From contig CAZEJT010000001.1 in the NCBI GenBank assembly GCA_964512655.1, positions 564,217 through 628,216 on the forward strand: a stretch of 64,000 nt of DNA, written 5' to 3'. This document shows positions 38,695 to 50,053 of the stretch, piece by piece; the first letter of the stretch is position 1, and every line of letters starts with the position of its first letter. Both the position numbers and the translations under genes were made by a program. The notes beneath the pieces were generated by a model. The model saw nothing but the letters and a program-made list of their open reading frames with translations. It made no database searches and had not been told where the DNA came from. This DNA is from an uncultured Chlorobiaceae bacterium (GTDB lineage: Bacteria > Bacteroidota > Ignavibacteria > UBA10030 > SZUA-254).

Positions 38695-41361
38695 ATGCCC
38701 GAAAAAACGCAGACACACAAGAAGATTTACCAGATCGCCAAGGAAATCAACATCTCTCACGAGACGTTGATCGAATACCTGACGCGAAAAGGGCATACCG
38801 TCAAGAGCCACATGACGGCCGTGGACGACGGGATGATGCACGATATCCTTTCGCACTTCAAAAAGGACCGGGAGGTCGCCGAGAAGCATCAGCGCAAGAT
38901 CCAGACGATCCGTGAGACCCGTAAGAAGGCCGAGGCGAAGGCGGCGGTTCCCGAGCCCGAAGCGGTGAAGCTCAAGACGGTCAAGAAGCCGAAGACCGAA
39001 GAGCCCGAGCCGGTTTCCGCGCCCGCGCGGCCGGCGATTGCGGAAAAACATCCGCAGGCGCCCGAGATCGCAGCCGAAGCGCCGCCGGTGGAAGCCAAGG
39101 CCGCTCCTCCTCCGCCCGAGGCCGAGCAGCCGGCCGCTCCCCCTCCGGAACCCGCCGAAAAGCCCGCTGCAAGGGAGAAGAAGCCTGCACCCGAAGTCAT
39201 GGCGCGCCGCACTCCCAAGATGGGCCTCAGGATCAAGGGGAAGATAGATCTGGACGAGGTGAACCGCGCAACCGCCATCCATGAAGGGGCCCCCGCAGCC
39301 GAGGCCGCGCGCGGCGGTGCCGCCGAGGAAGAGCAGAAGAAAAAGAAGAAGAAAAAGAAGCGGATCAGGATCGCTGCGCCCGCGCCGGTCCCCGAGGAAA
39401 CAGACGAGCTTTTGCGAAAGGCCAAGAAGAAGAAAAAGCTCCGCTTTCAGGAGGTCAACAAGGAAGAGGTCGAGGACGCCATCAAGCGCACGCTCGCCGA
39501 GATGGACGAGGCCAGCGTGGTTACCCAGAGGGCGACGTTCAAGCGGAAGCGCAAGGAAAAAAGGATGATGGAGGAGCAGAGGCAGCTCGAAGAAAAACAG
39601 AGGGAGCTGAAGATACTGCGAGTCACCGAGTTCGTCTCCGTCAACGAGCTTGCAAACCTGATGGGGGTGAACGCGGCCGACGTTATCAAGAAATGCATTG
39701 AGCTCGGGCTGATGGTTTCCATCAACCAGCGGCTCGACAAGGACACGATTACGCTTGTGGCCGACGAGTTCGGCCTCGAAGTCCGCTTCTTCTCCGAAAT
39801 CACGGAAGACATCGTTCCGGAAACGCCCGACGACGAAAGCCGGCTGGAGCAGAGGCCGCCCGTCGTCACCATCATGGGGCACGTCGACCACGGCAAGACG
39901 TCGCTTCTCGACTACATCCGCCGCAGCAACGTGGTGGCGGGAGAGGCAGGAGGGATCACCCAGCACATCGGCGCCTACATGGTCGCCGTCGACGGCAAGA
40001 AAAACATCACCTTCCTCGACACCCCCGGCCACGAGGCCTTCACGGCGATGCGCGCGCGCGGGGCTCAGCTCACGGACATCGTCGTGCTTGTGGTCGCGGC
40101 CGACGACAACGTGATGCCCCAGACGATCGAGGCCATCAGCCACGCCCAGGCGGCAAACGTCCCGATCATCATCGCTTTGAATAAAATCGACAAGCCCGAC
40201 GCGAACGCCGACCGGATCCGCCAGCAGTTGTCGGAGCACAACGTGCTGGTGGAGGAATGGGGAGGCAAGTATCAGTGCGTGGAGCTCTCCGCCAGGACGG
40301 GAAAAAATGTGGACCTTCTCCTCGAAAAAATCCTCCTCGAAGCCGACGTTCTCGATCTCAGGGCCGACCCCACGACCCGCGCCCGCGGCGTGGTCATCGA
40401 GGCGCAGGTTGACAAGGGGAAGGGAATCGTCACCACCGTCCTCGTGCAGAAGGGCATGCTGAAGATCGGCGATTCGTTCGTGGCGGGGATCCAGAGCGGA
40501 AAAGTCCGCGCCATGAGCGACGAGCGGGGCCGGCGGCTGGAATCGGCGCGGCCTTCGACTCCGGTTCAGGTCCTCGGATTTGACGGAGTTCCCCAGGCCG
40601 GCGACGGCTACGCCGTCGTCGAAAGCGAGCGGGAGGCGAGGGAGATCAGCACGCGGCGCCAGACGCTGAAGCGGGAGCAGGATTTCCGGCTGGTGCGCAG
40701 CGTGACCCTCGACGACCTCTCGAAGAAGATCAAAGAAGGACAGGTGAAAGAGCTCAACGTCATCGTCAAGGGCGACGTGGACGGATCGGTGGGCGCACTG
40801 GCCGATTCGCTGATGAAGATCAGCCACGAAGAGGTGCGCGTCAGCGTTATCCACCATGCGGTCGGGAGCATCTCCGAATCGGACGTCCTTCTCGCGGCCG
40901 CGTCAGGCGCAGTAATCATCGGCTTCCACGTGCGGCCCAATATGAACGCGCGCCGGCTCGCCGAGCAGGAGAGCGTCGACATACGGCTGTATAACATCAT
41001 CTACGACGCCATTGAAGACGTGAAGAAGGCCCTTGAGGGCCTCCTCGCCCCGACCAAGAACGAGGAAGTCACCGCCACCATCGAGGTGCGCGAGGTCTTC
41101 AAGGTCCCGAAACTGGGCGCCGTAGCCGGTTCGTACGTCCAGGAGGGGACGATTACCCGCGGGAACAAGGTGCGCCTCATCCGGGACGGAATCGTCGTCT
41201 ATGACGGGGCAATCGCCTCCCTCAGGAGATTCAAGGATGACGTACGGGAGGTCGAGGCCGGTTTCGAGTGCGGAGTGGGGCTCGAGAATTACAACGATAT
41301 CAAAGTGGGCGACACGATCGAGGCATACAAGATCGTCGAGACAATGAGAAAACTAGCGTAG
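38695..41361 (+). CDS. infB: translation initiation factor IF-2
   Basis: G-domain motifs [24 protein letters not shown] and NKID. Lys/Ala/Pro-rich low-complexity N-terminal region. Confidence 0.95.
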   Translation: MPEKTQTHKKIYQIAKEINISHETLIEYLTRKGHTVKSHMTAVDDGMMHDILSHFKKDREVAEKHQRKIQTIRETRKKAEAKAAVPEPEAVKLKTVKKPKTEEPEPVSAPARPAIAEKHPQAPEIAAEAPPVEAKAAPPPPEAEQPAAPPPEPAEKPAAREKKPAPEVMARRTPKMGLRIKGKIDLDEVNRATAIHEGAPAAEAARGGAAEEEQKKKKKKKKRIRIAAPAPVPEETDELLRKAKKKKKLRFQEVNKEEVEDAIKRTLAEMDEASVVTQRATFKRKRKEKRMMEEQRQLEEKQRELKILRVTEFVSVNELANLMGVNAADVIKKCIELGLMVSINQRLDKDTITLVADEFGLEVRFFSEITEDIVPETPDDESRLEQRPPVVTIMGHVDHGKTSLLDYIRRSNVVAGEAGGITQHIGAYMVAVDGKKNITFLDTPGHEAFTAMRARGAQLTDIVVLVVAADDNVMPQTIEAISHAQAANVPIIIALNKIDKPDANADRIRQQLSEHNVLVEEWGGKYQCVELSARTGKNVDLLLEKILLEADVLDLRADPTTRARGVVIEAQVDKGKGIVTTVLVQKGMLKIGDSFVAGIQSGKVRAMSDERGRRLESARPSTPVQVLGFDGVPQAGDGYAVVESEREAREISTRRQTLKREQDFRLVRSVTLDDLSKKIKEGQVKELNVIVKGDVDGSVGALADSLMKISHEEVRVSVIHHAVGSISESDVLLAAASGAVIIGFHVRPNMNARRLAEQESVDIRLYNIIYDAIEDVKKALEGLLAPTKNEEVTATIEVREVFKVPKLGAVAGSYVQEGTITRGNKVRLIRDGIVVYDGAIASLRRFKDDVREVEAGFECGVGLENYNDIKVGDTIEAYKIVETMRKLA

Positions 41362-41369
41362 GATGGACC

Positions 41370-41726
41370 ATGTCATTGCGGACGGAGCGAGTAGCGTCGC
41401 TCATCAAAGAGGAGGTCGGAACCTATTTTACGCGCGAGTACCGTGATCCCTCATACGGCTTTATCACGGTGACCGAGGTGCATGTGACCCCCGACCTGAG
41501 GATCGCCAAGATCTACGTCAGCGTGATGGGGAACGGTGAGGTAAAATCGCGCACCTTGAAGATGCTCGAGGATCACAAAGGAGAGATTCGCTCGTTCATA
41601 GGGTCCTCGCTGAGGCTGAAATTCACCCCATCCGTCCAGTTCTACATCGATGAGACGCTCGACCGCGTGGAGCGGATCGACCAGCTGATCAAGAAGATCC
41701 ATAAGGACGACGGGGGAGTGGGATGA
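41370..41726 (+). CDS. rbfA: ribosome-binding factor A
   Basis: RVASLIKEEVGTYFTREYRDPSYGFITVTEVHVTPDLRIAKIYVSV is the RbfA KH-like signature. Start re-called to ATG 41370 just after the infB stop. Confidence 0.9.
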   Translation: MSLRTERVASLIKEEVGTYFTREYRDPSYGFITVTEVHVTPDLRIAKIYVSVMGNGEVKSRTLKMLEDHKGEIRSFIGSSLRLKFTPSVQFYIDETLDRVERIDQLIKKIHKDDGGVG

Positions 41727-42667
41727 CGATCGCCCGCTCGCTCGCCGGGGTAACGAACCAGCAGAACTCCGTCGTCACAGTCGGGACATTCGACGGAGTG
41801 CATGCGGGGCACCGCGCTATCATGAGGGAACTGACGTCGCGGGCGGCGGCCTCCGGCGCGAGAAGCGTCGTAATCACGTTTGAGCCCCATCCGAGGACGG
41901 TGGTGGGAAAGGGAGATGTCGAAGAGCTTACGTCTCTGGAGGAGCGCCTCGAGCTCTTCGGTGGTCTCGGCCTGGATGTGGCGCTGGTGCTCGAATTCAC
42001 CTACGAATTCTCCCGTCAATCGCCGAGGGAATTCTGGTCGCGCTATCTGATCAACGGCACCGGCGTGCGGGAAGCCGTGATCGGTTACGATCACATGTTC
42101 GGAAGGGATCGCGAGGCGGGCATCAGGGAACTGCGGGGCATGGGGAACGAGTTTGGATTCGGGGTCAGAGTCGTCGACCCGGTATCGATCGACGGGCGGA
42201 TCGTGAGCAGTTCCCGCATCAGGGAGCTCCTTCACCGGGGGGATACGCTCGGAGCGGCGAAGTGCCTCGAGCGCCCCTATTCGATTTCCGGAACCGTCGT
42301 GCAGGGGGACGGCCGCGGGAAGAAGATCGGATTTCCGACCGCAAACCTCGCTCCGGATCCGCCCCGAAAGCTCATCCCGGCCGACGGAGTGTACTTCGTT
42401 TCCGCCGATCTCGGCCACGAGCGGTACTACGGAATGTTGAACATCGGCGTCAGGCCGACGTTCGTCGAGGGCGGGGCGCGCACCGTGGAGGTGCACCTGT
42501 TCGATTTTAACGGCGATGCACGAGGACGCCGCATCACCGTGAATGTTCACCAACGCCTGCGCGGCGAGAGGAAGTTCTCCTCCGCCGACGATCTGATCCG
42601 CCAGCTGCATGCGGATCGGGAATCGTGCATGAGGCTGATCGCCGCGGCGCAACTTCTATCATCTTGA
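41723..42667 (+). CDS. ribF: bifunctional riboflavin kinase / FMN adenylyltransferase
   Basis: [18 protein letters not shown] (FAD synthetase HxGH) and C-terminal riboflavin kinase domain ([21 protein letters not shown]). ATGA overlap with rbfA. Confidence 0.9.
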   Translation: MTIARSLAGVTNQQNSVVTVGTFDGVHAGHRAIMRELTSRAAASGARSVVITFEPHPRTVVGKGDVEELTSLEERLELFGGLGLDVALVLEFTYEFSRQSPREFWSRYLINGTGVREAVIGYDHMFGRDREAGIRELRGMGNEFGFGVRVVDPVSIDGRIVSSSRIRELLHRGDTLGAAKCLERPYSISGTVVQGDGRGKKIGFPTANLAPDPPRKLIPADGVYFVSADLGHERYYGMLNIGVRPTFVEGGARTVEVHLFDFNGDARGRRITVNVHQRLRGERKFSSADDLIRQLHADRESCMRLIAAAQLLSS

Positions 42668-42683
42668 CCAAGGAGAGAGTATC

Positions 42684-42953
42684 ATGCCGTTGACAAAGGA
42701 ACAATCACAGGAGATCATCAAGCGATACGGGAAATCGCCGTCCGATTCAGGGTCGCCGGAGGTGCAGATCGCCCTCCTCACGACCCGGATCAACGGCCTC
42801 TCGCAGCACTTTGACACCAACGTCAAGGACAACCACTCCCGCAGGGGGCTGCTGAGGATGGTCGGAAAGAGACGCAGGCTCCTTGAATACCTCCAGCGGA
42901 AGAATGTGGAAAGGTACCGAAAGATCATACAGGAGCTCGATCTGCGCAAGTGA
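42684..42953 (+). CDS. rpsO: 30S ribosomal protein S15
   Basis: 89 aa, [45 protein letters not shown]. Confidence 0.95.
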   Translation: MPLTKEQSQEIIKRYGKSPSDSGSPEVQIALLTTRINGLSQHFDTNVKDNHSRRGLLRMVGKRRRLLEYLQRKNVERYRKIIQELDLRK

Positions 42954-43002
42954 CACGATCTGCGCTAAGCAGAGATTCGTTCAATTCAACGAAAGTAATG
43001 CA

Positions 43003-45258
43003 ATGGTAACGACGAAGGAATTAGAGATCGGCGGGAAAGTCCTGTCGCTTGAGACGGGCAGGCTGGCGAAGCAGGCCGACGGAGCTGTGATGGTTCGCTA
43101 CGGCGATTCGATGGTGCTGGCAACTGTTGTTGCGAACAAAGAGCCCAAGCCGGGGCTCGATTATTTCCCCCTCCAGGTGGAATACCGGGAGCGGACCGCC
43201 GCGGCGGGAAAGATTCCCGGGGGATTCTTCAAGCGGGAGGGGCGCCCCACAGAAAAGGAAATCCTTTCTTCGCGGCTCATCGACCGCCCCTTGCGTCCGA
43301 TGTTTCCCGAAGGATTCAGATGCGAAACACAGGTCATGCTGACCGTCCTCTCCTCCGACATCGAGAACGATACCGACGTCCTCGGGGCCGTAGGCGCTTC
43401 GGCGGCCCTGATGATCTCCGATATCCCGTTCGACGGCCCGATAGCGGAAGTGCGGGTGGGGCGGATCGCGGGCGAGTTCGTCATGAACCCCACGTTCAGC
43501 CAATTAGAACAGAGCGATCTGGATGTCACGGTTGCCGGGACGAGGAGCTCGATCGTCATGGTCGAAGGGGAAGCGGAGGAGATCTCGGAGCGGGACATGG
43601 TTGATGCGCTCAGGTTCGCCCACACAGGCATCCAGAAGCTCTGCGATCTTCAGCTCGAGCTGCAGCGAGAACTCGGCGCCAAGAAGCGCGAGGTTCCCCG
43701 GAACCGGCTCAAAGAAGAGCTGTTCGATCCGGTGGCGCAGCTTGCGCGCGAGCGCATCCGCGAGCTGAGCGGCAAACCCCTTATGAAGGAGGAGAGGAGC
43801 GCCGCCCATGCCGTTCTGCGCCTTCAGGCGATCGAAGGGCTCAAAGCAGCAGCCTCCTCACTGAGCCTCACTCTTGATGGGGCGGAGAAGGAGCTCCTTG
43901 CGGCGGAACCCTCGGCGTTTGTCGATTCCAAGGCCGCGCTCATCGGCGAGATCCTCCACGATATCGAGTATGAGGAGATGCGGTCGATGATCCTCTCGGC
44001 CGGAAAAAGGCTCGACGGCCGCGGGGTGAGGGACATCCGTCCGATCGCCAGCGAGGTGCGCGTGCTGCCCAGAACACACGGCTCGGCACTATTTACGCGC
44101 GGGGAAACGCAGAGTCTGACCACGACGACGCTCGGGACGAAGATGGACGAGCAGATCCTCGACGGCCTTCTCCCGGAAACGACGAAGCGGTTCATGCTGC
44201 ACTACAATTTTCCCCCGTATTCGGTGGGGGAAGTCGGGCGCCTCGGAAGCACCGGCAGGCGCGAGATCGGGCACGGAAACCTTGCCGAGCGGTCGATCAA
44301 GAACCTGATGCCTCCCGAAGCGGAATTCCCTTATACGATCCGGATTGTGTCCGACATACTCGAATCAAACGGATCCTCCTCGATGGCAACCGTCTGCGCG
44401 GGTTCGCTCTCGCTAATGGACGCGGGGGTGCCTCTGAAAAAGCCCGTGGCAGGGATCGCCATGGGGCTCGTGAAGGAGGGGGATCGCGTCGCGATTCTCA
44501 GCGACATTCTCGGCAACGAGGATCACCTTGGCGACATGGACTTCAAGGTGGCCGGCACCAGAGAAGGGATCACCGGATTCCAGATGGACATCAAGATCCA
44601 GGGGATTTCATTCGAAATATTCGAGCAGGCGCTGATGCAGGCGAAGGAGGGACGGCTTCACATACTCGGCGAGATGGGCAAGACGATATCGGAACCGAGG
44701 GCTGAGCTATCGCCTTATGCTCCACGGCTCACGACGATCAAGATCCCCGTGGATATGATCGGAAGCGTGATCGGTCCCGGCGGAAAAGTCATCCGGCAGA
44801 TCGTCAAGGATACCGGCGCGGAGATCAACATCGAGGACGACGGTACAGTCATCATCGCATCGGTCAGCGCGGAGGGAACCGAGAAGGCCCTGGCAATCAT
44901 CAACAAGATCACCGAAATACCCGAAGTGGGAAAGACCTACCACGGGAAAGTCACGCGCCTCATGGATTTCGGCGCGTTCGTGGAATTCCTTCCCGGAAGA
45001 GAGGGGCTCGTTCACATCTCGCACATGGACAGCAAGCGGGTGAACAAGGTCTCGGACGTCGTCAATGTCGGCGACGAGCTCGATGTTATGCTTATCAAAA
45101 AGGACGAAGAGGGACGGTACAACCTCAGCCGGAAAGCACTGATGCCCGGTTACGACGCCGAAGCGGAGGCGCTCCGCGAGGCCGAGCGTAAGAGGGAGCG
45201 CAGCAGCCGGCACGACGGCCGGGGCCGGGGCGCTCCGCACCGCGAACATCGCCGTTGA
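43003..45258 (+). CDS. pnp: polynucleotide phosphorylase
   Basis: Two RNase PH domains, KH (IGSVIGPGGKVIRQI) and S1 (GKVTRLMDFGAFVEF). Start re-called to MVTTKELEIGGKVLSLETG. Confidence 0.95.
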   Translation: MVTTKELEIGGKVLSLETGRLAKQADGAVMVRYGDSMVLATVVANKEPKPGLDYFPLQVEYRERTAAAGKIPGGFFKREGRPTEKEILSSRLIDRPLRPMFPEGFRCETQVMLTVLSSDIENDTDVLGAVGASAALMISDIPFDGPIAEVRVGRIAGEFVMNPTFSQLEQSDLDVTVAGTRSSIVMVEGEAEEISERDMVDALRFAHTGIQKLCDLQLELQRELGAKKREVPRNRLKEELFDPVAQLARERIRELSGKPLMKEERSAAHAVLRLQAIEGLKAAASSLSLTLDGAEKELLAAEPSAFVDSKAALIGEILHDIEYEEMRSMILSAGKRLDGRGVRDIRPIASEVRVLPRTHGSALFTRGETQSLTTTTLGTKMDEQILDGLLPETTKRFMLHYNFPPYSVGEVGRLGSTGRREIGHGNLAERSIKNLMPPEAEFPYTIRIVSDILESNGSSSMATVCAGSLSLMDAGVPLKKPVAGIAMGLVKEGDRVAILSDILGNEDHLGDMDFKVAGTREGITGFQMDIKIQGISFEIFEQALMQAKEGRLHILGEMGKTISEPRAELSPYAPRLTTIKIPVDMIGSVIGPGGKVIRQIVKDTGAEINIEDDGTVIIASVSAEGTEKALAIINKITEIPEVGKTYHGKVTRLMDFGAFVEFLPGREGLVHISHMDSKRVNKVSDVVNVGDELDVMLIKKDEEGRYNLSRKALMPGYDAEAEALREAERKRERSSRHDGRGRGAPHREHRR

Positions 45259-45273
45259 TGAATCTTCCTCCTT

Positions 45274-45302
45274 CACCCCGCGGCTCCGAGCGCCGCGGGG
45301 TG
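45274..45302 (+). terminator. GC-rich perfect hairpin (11-bp stem CACCCCGCGGC/GCCGCGGGGTG, 7-nt loop) downstream of pnp; no U-tract
   Basis: Read directly 16 nt after the pnp stop. It could be a terminator or a 3' stabilising hairpin. Confidence 0.4.
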
Positions 45303-45333
45303 GAAGGGGCATCCCACCTAACCAACGTCACTT

Positions 45334-46896
45334 GTGACGCCCACTCAGAACGTTCTTCTGGTTATCCTCGACGGGTTTGGCCTCGGCAGTGATCCCAGCG
45401 TCGACGCGATCGCCCAATCGAAGAAGCCCGCGATAGACCTTCTCTTCCGGAGCTGGCCCTGGACCTCCATCAACGCGTCGAATGAGGACGTCGGGCTCCC
45501 GGCAGGACAGATGGGGAATTCCGAAGTCGGCCACATGAACATCGGGGCCGGCAGGGTAGTGTATCAGGATATAACGAGAATCAATCGTTCCATCAGGATG
45601 GGCGACTTCTTCGAGAAGCCGGCTTTTTTGGGCGCGATCGAACGCGTGAAGCAGCGCGGCTCGTCGCTCCATCTGATCGGCCTCCTCTCGGACGGAGGCG
45701 TCCACAGCCTCAACACGCATCTCTACGCGCTTCTCGAACTGGCGCGGCAGCAGGGCGTGAACCGAGTCTATATCCACGCTCTTCTCGACGGACGGGACAC
45801 CCCTCCGGAATCGGGGGCGGGGTACATCCGCGAGCTTGTGCAGAAGGAACAGGAGCTGGGCGTGGGAGAAATCGCCACGGTGGCAGGCCGCTATTACGGG
45901 ATGGATCGCGACAACAGGTGGGACCGGACCGAAAAGGAGTATCGCGCGATAACCGAAGGGGTGGGCCTCCGCGCCGCCGATCCGGCGGCGGCCGTAGAGG
46001 AATCGTACGCGAATGGAATTACGGATGAATTCGTCCTTCCCATCGTGGTGACCCCGCCGGGAGTTCCTCCACGCGTGGTTTCCGACGGCGATGCCGTCAT
46101 CTTTTTCAATTTCAGGGCCGACCGCACACGCCAGCTCACGCGGGCGCTCATCGAGGACGGCTTCTCCCAATTCACACGGCGGAAGCTCGACCTCTATTTC
46201 GCCACAATGACACAGTACCGCGACGATTTCAACTGCCCGGTCGCTTTTCCCCCCACATTCCTGAGGCACACGCTGGGCGAAATCATCTCGGATGCCGGCC
46301 TGCGCCAGCTCCATCTTGCGGAGACCGAAAAATACGCTCATGTCACCTTCTTCTTTAACGGCGGGCGGGAGGAGCCTTTTCCAGGGGAAGAGAGAGTGCT
46401 GATCCCGTCTGCGAGGGGCGTCGCAACGTATGATCAGAAGCCCGAGATGAGCGCCTACGGGATCACCGAGAAGGCCGTCGAGGCTCTCGAGAGCGGGCTC
46501 TACGCGTTTATCGTCATGAATTACGCCAATGCCGACATGGTGGGCCACTCAGGCAAAATGCCCGCAACGATCAGGGCAGTCGAGGTGGTAGACGATTGCC
46601 TGAGCCGCGTGATCCCGGCGGCGCTCTCCCGCGGATACGCAGCGGTGATCACGGCCGATCACGGGAATGCCGACAAGATGGCTGATGAAGAGGGGCGGCC
46701 GCTTACCTCACACACGACCAATCCGGTTCCTTTGATCATCGCAGGCGACGGGGGGAAGGAGGGACTCCGCTCCGGCGGACGGCTGGCGGATATTGCCCCG
46801 ACAATCCTGCAGATCATGGGATTTCCCGTGCCTGAGGATATGGACGGAGTAACGCTCTTGAAGAAGGAAGCTACACGCTCAGGATCTGGTGCTTGA
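45334..46896 (+). CDS. gpmI: 2,3-bisphosphoglycerate-independent phosphoglycerate mutase
   Basis: VLLVILDGFGLG, NSEVGHMNIGAGR and YANADMVGHSG motifs. GTG start. Confidence 0.95.
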   Translation: MTPTQNVLLVILDGFGLGSDPSVDAIAQSKKPAIDLLFRSWPWTSINASNEDVGLPAGQMGNSEVGHMNIGAGRVVYQDITRINRSIRMGDFFEKPAFLGAIERVKQRGSSLHLIGLLSDGGVHSLNTHLYALLELARQQGVNRVYIHALLDGRDTPPESGAGYIRELVQKEQELGVGEIATVAGRYYGMDRDNRWDRTEKEYRAITEGVGLRAADPAAAVEESYANGITDEFVLPIVVTPPGVPPRVVSDGDAVIFFNFRADRTRQLTRALIEDGFSQFTRRKLDLYFATMTQYRDDFNCPVAFPPTFLRHTLGEIISDAGLRQLHLAETEKYAHVTFFFNGGREEPFPGEERVLIPSARGVATYDQKPEMSAYGITEKAVEALESGLYAFIVMNYANADMVGHSGKMPATIRAVEVVDDCLSRVIPAALSRGYAAVITADHGNADKMADEEGRPLTSHTTNPVPLIIAGDGGKEGLRSGGRLADIAPTILQIMGFPVPEDMDGVTLLKKEATRSGSGA

Positions 46897-48553
46897 AGCG
46901 GTCGATTTCCACGTCGTGCCTCAGGCGCTCGATGAAGGAGGGTCCGTACTTGTTGACGAATGAGGAAAAGTTCAGGACGCGTTCCTGGAGGGTCCCGTTG
47001 GGGGTCATGCTGTGCGCCACCTTCCTCACCTGGCGCAGAGCGATCTCGTGTTTCCGCTCCTGCGCTTCGACGACTTTTTCCTTGAGCACGAGGAGCTGCG
47101 ATTCGATCTTGGAGCGGGTGGCTTCGAGAGGGCCCATCAGGGTCGAATCGATGTAGTTTAACCCGTACTTCATCTCTTCCAGCAGATCGGTCGTCCTTTT
47201 AGTCGCGTCGGCGAACATCTCGTCGATTTTGACCTCCGAGATCAGCTCCACGACCTTTCGCGTCACCCGCTCTGAATTCCCGAAGAACTCCATGAGCCCG
47301 AGCTGGTACTTCTCCAGTATCCGCTCAAACTTCTGCTCATAGATCGTGACGCTCGCCCTCGGATAAATGATGGGCATCGTCATGCCGAACGAGGCGTAGA
47401 CCGGCTTGAGCTGCGCAAAGTAGGCAATCTCCGAGGGTCCCCCTACGTATGCCAGAGTCGGGAGGAGGGTGTCCTGGCAGATGGGCCGGAGCGCGACATT
47501 GGGGCTGATGAGCTCGGGTGTCGAGTGTACGATTCCGAGGAGCTCTTCCTTCGTAAAGTACTGTCTGATCCCCCGGAGACCGAAGTCCGATTCGCGCGGC
47601 TCGATGAAGTACCGCCCCCCCTTGAAGAACATGAAGAGGTTCATCGCCTTGGTTTTGATCTGGGCGTGATAGCGGCCCTCCAGCTCCGCGCTCTGCCGTA
47701 TGATCAGCTGGGATACGCGCGGATACTCCTGGATTTCCTTCAGGAACACGGGAGCGAGGAGCTGCTTGAGGCGCCGGTCGTTCGATGAGATGAAGACGAG
47801 GCCCGAGTTCCCGAACATCGAGTTCATCAGGCGGGCAAACGACCGGTTGAAGGTGCTCCCCGGAACATACGCATTTCTGAGGAGAGAAAGGAGCGGCTCC
47901 CTGAACTCGGAATTCGGAAGGACCTTCTGGAGGCGGTCGAAGAAGTCGTCGAGCGAGCCATTGAACTCGATCTCGCCCACGGCCCCGGCGTTCCGCTGCG
48001 ACGGTTTGGCCTTGAGATCGTACTCGAGTTCGACCGGCGTATGTTCACCGTTCATGACGGCAACCTTGTTCACCTCATCGAAGTCGTGGTCCTCTCCCTC
48101 GAGCCAGAAGACCGGGACGAACTTTCGTTCCGGAAAAGCGGCGGAAAGCTGCTCCGCGAGCCTGAGCGCGGTGATGGTCTTGTAGATGGTGTAGAGGGGG
48201 CCGCCGAGCATTCCCACCTGCTGGCCCGTTACGATCGCCGACGTGCCCTCGTCTCGAAGGAGACCGATGTTTTCGAGCGTTTTTTCGGATGCGCCCACGG
48301 CCCGGTTTTGCTCCAGGAGCACGTCGGCCACCTCGGCCCGGTTGCGGGACTGCCGCGCGACCACCTCGGCGTGCTTTGAAAAATTCTGGAGGGAATGAAA
48401 ATCCGTTTCGAAGAACCCCCGGACTTTCGAAAAGTCGGAAATGTAGTCGTCGAAGAGCTTCGAGAAGCCTCCCTCAGAATGGGGGAGCGCCCCGAAGTCG
48501 ATCCACTGCGAGTCGTTCATTGCCGGGGGAGCATTGGTGGAGAATTGTGCCAA
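46871..48553 (-). CDS. bshC: bacillithiol biosynthesis cysteine-adding enzyme BshC
   Basis: BshC/YllA family signature VTGQQVGMLGGPLYTIYK and overall ~540-aa architecture with C-terminal coiled coil. Confidence 0.75.
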   Translation of the reverse strand: MAQFSTNAPPAMNDSQWIDFGALPHSEGGFSKLFDDYISDFSKVRGFFETDFHSLQNFSKHAEVVARQSRNRAEVADVLLEQNRAVGASEKTLENIGLLRDEGTSAIVTGQQVGMLGGPLYTIYKTITALRLAEQLSAAFPERKFVPVFWLEGEDHDFDEVNKVAVMNGEHTPVELEYDLKAKPSQRNAGAVGEIEFNGSLDDFFDRLQKVLPNSEFREPLLSLLRNAYVPGSTFNRSFARLMNSMFGNSGLVFISSNDRRLKQLLAPVFLKEIQEYPRVSQLIIRQSAELEGRYHAQIKTKAMNLFMFFKGGRYFIEPRESDFGLRGIRQYFTKEELLGIVHSTPELISPNVALRPICQDTLLPTLAYVGGPSEIAYFAQLKPVYASFGMTMPIIYPRASVTIYEQKFERILEKYQLGLMEFFGNSERVTRKVVELISEVKIDEMFADATKRTTDLLEEMKYGLNYIDSTLMGPLEATRSKIESQLLVLKEKVVEAQERKHEIALRQVRKVAHSMTPNGTLQERVLNFSSFVNKYGPSFIERLRHDVEIDRFKHQILSV

Positions 48554-48676
48554 ATATACTCTTTCATCGGGAGAGAAGCAAACAGCATGCGGGGGAATGT
48601 GTTTGACTAATCGTGTTTTTTTACTTATATTTTTCCCGAATTTACCAAGGGGATCCGCTCACTCGACAATCGTGTA

Positions 48677-49264
48677 ATGGATAATCCCATCGCGCCACCC
48701 CCGCAGGCGAAGCCGGCCCCGGCAGCCGCGGTCAAGAAACCGAAGCAGGACAAGCCCCCCGAAGTAGATCTGGGGATATGGCGGATCAGCCGCCGCAATT
48801 TCTTTTCTGTGGCGGGGTGGGCCGCCTTTTTTGTCTTCATCGCCACCTCCACCATCGGCACCCTCCGCATGATGTTCCCGCGGATCCTGTATGAGCCCCC
48901 CTCTGCCTTCAAAGCCGGTTTTCCGCAGGATTACATCGTGGGCGAGGTGAGCGAAAAGTACAAGGACGAGTTTCGCGTCTGGATCATCCGCGAGGCCGAC
49001 GGCTTTTACGCCCTCTCGGCCATCTGCACGCACCTCGGCTGTACGCCCCGGTGGCTTGAGCCCGAGAACAAGTTCAAGTGCCCCTGCCACGGAAGCGGAT
49101 TCAGGAGAACGGGGATTAACTTTGAAGGCCCGGCACCCCGGCCCCTCGAGCGGCTGAAAATCGCCATCGCCGACGACGGACAGATCCTGATCGACCGGAA
49201 CATCAAGTTCCTGTTCGAAAACGGCGACTGGATCAAGCCCGACGCCTACCTGAAGTATAGCTGA
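48677..49264 (+). CDS. Rieske [2Fe-2S] subunit of cytochrome b6f/bc-type complex (TAT-exported)
   Basis: TAT-like [10 protein letters not shown] and Rieske boxes CTHLGC and CPCHGS. Confidence 0.9.
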   Translation: MDNPIAPPPQAKPAPAAAVKKPKQDKPPEVDLGIWRISRRNFFSVAGWAAFFVFIATSTIGTLRMMFPRILYEPPSAFKAGFPQDYIVGEVSEKYKDEFRVWIIREADGFYALSAICTHLGCTPRWLEPENKFKCPCHGSGFRRTGINFEGPAPRPLERLKIAIADDGQILIDRNIKFLFENGDWIKPDAYLKYS

Positions 49265-49272
49265 CCATTCTG

Positions 49273-50049
49273 ATGCTCAAGATCCGGGAAAAGCTGCAGC
49301 AGTCGGAAGTCTGGAAATCGATCTTCCGGCACAATTATCAGGACACCAACCGGAACCGCGCCCTCCAGATCGTCGATAACGTCTTCCTTCATCTCCACCC
49401 GGTCAGGATCCCGCGGCACGCGACAAATATCGGGTTCACCTGGGGGATGGGGGGAATCACCTTCCTCCTCTTCATCGTCCTCACCGTCACGGGCGTCATC
49501 CTCATGTTTTATTACCGGCCGGCGGCGGAGTATGCCTACGAGGACATGAAGTACCTGATGAACGATGTGGCGTTCGGCCCGCTTATCCGCAACATGCACC
49601 GCTGGGCCGCCCACGCGATGGTCATTACGGTCATGCTTCACATGTTCCGGGTGTTCCTGACCGGCTCCTATAAGCCCCCGCGGCAGTTCAACTGGGTCGT
49701 GGGAGTTCTCCTCCTCGTGCTGACCCTTCTGCTGAGTTTCACCGGATACCTCCTCCCCTGGGACCAGCTCGCCATCTGGGCGGTGACTGTGGGAACGAAC
49801 ATGGCACGGGCGACTCCATTGCTGGGACATCAGGGGCCCTTCGGACCTCAGCTGGGAATGAGGATTGACAACGACGTCCGCTTTGTGCTCCTGGGGGGGA
49901 CGCAGGTGGGGCCTCCGACACTCCTGCGCTTCTACGTCGGACATTGCATCTTTCTCCCGCTGATCGCATCGATCTTCATGGCCGTCCACTTCTGGAGGAT
50001 CAGGAAGGACGGCGGCATCTCGGGTCCCGCCTCCAAGGAGAGGGAGTAA
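49273..50049 (+). CDS. cytochrome b6-like subunit (N-terminal half of cytochrome b, haem-binding)
   Basis: Four TM helices with conserved His pairs ([39 protein letters not shown]). Confidence 0.9.
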   Translation: MLKIREKLQQSEVWKSIFRHNYQDTNRNRALQIVDNVFLHLHPVRIPRHATNIGFTWGMGGITFLLFIVLTVTGVILMFYYRPAAEYAYEDMKYLMNDVAFGPLIRNMHRWAAHAMVITVMLHMFRVFLTGSYKPPRQFNWVVGVLLLVLTLLLSFTGYLLPWDQLAIWAVTVGTNMARATPLLGHQGPFGPQLGMRIDNDVRFVLLGGTQVGPPTLLRFYVGHCIFLPLIASIFMAVHFWRIRKDGGISGPASKERE

Positions 50050-50053
50050 GCGC

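Noticed and set aside
38656-40857. 733-aa minus-strand ORF antisense to infB, and many similar long antisense ORFs (8171..9358, 10326..11318, 10607..11851, 14083..15006, 20050..21072, 21484..22425, 23284..24294, 25168..26238, 28956..30167, 41642..42652, 45328..46548, 49246..50469, 50000..50962, 56345..57949, 60619..61662)
   Set aside because: They are Arg/Gly/Pro-rich, low-complexity translations lying opposite well-supported conserved genes. This is typical for shadow ORFs in >60% GC DNA. No domain signatures were seen.
42954-43002. Possible RNase III-type regulatory hairpin in the pnp leader
   Set aside because: Only weak 4-bp complementarity (CTGC/GCAG) could be seen, which is not convincing without folding software.
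48554-48676. Possible Bacteroidetes-type promoter (TTTG / TAnnTTTG) upstream of the Rieske gene and at 23266..23313 upstream of folB
   Set aside because: TA-rich hexamers are present (TATATTTT), but there is no exact match to the -7 TAnnTTTG consensus at appropriate spacing. The evidence is too weak to call.
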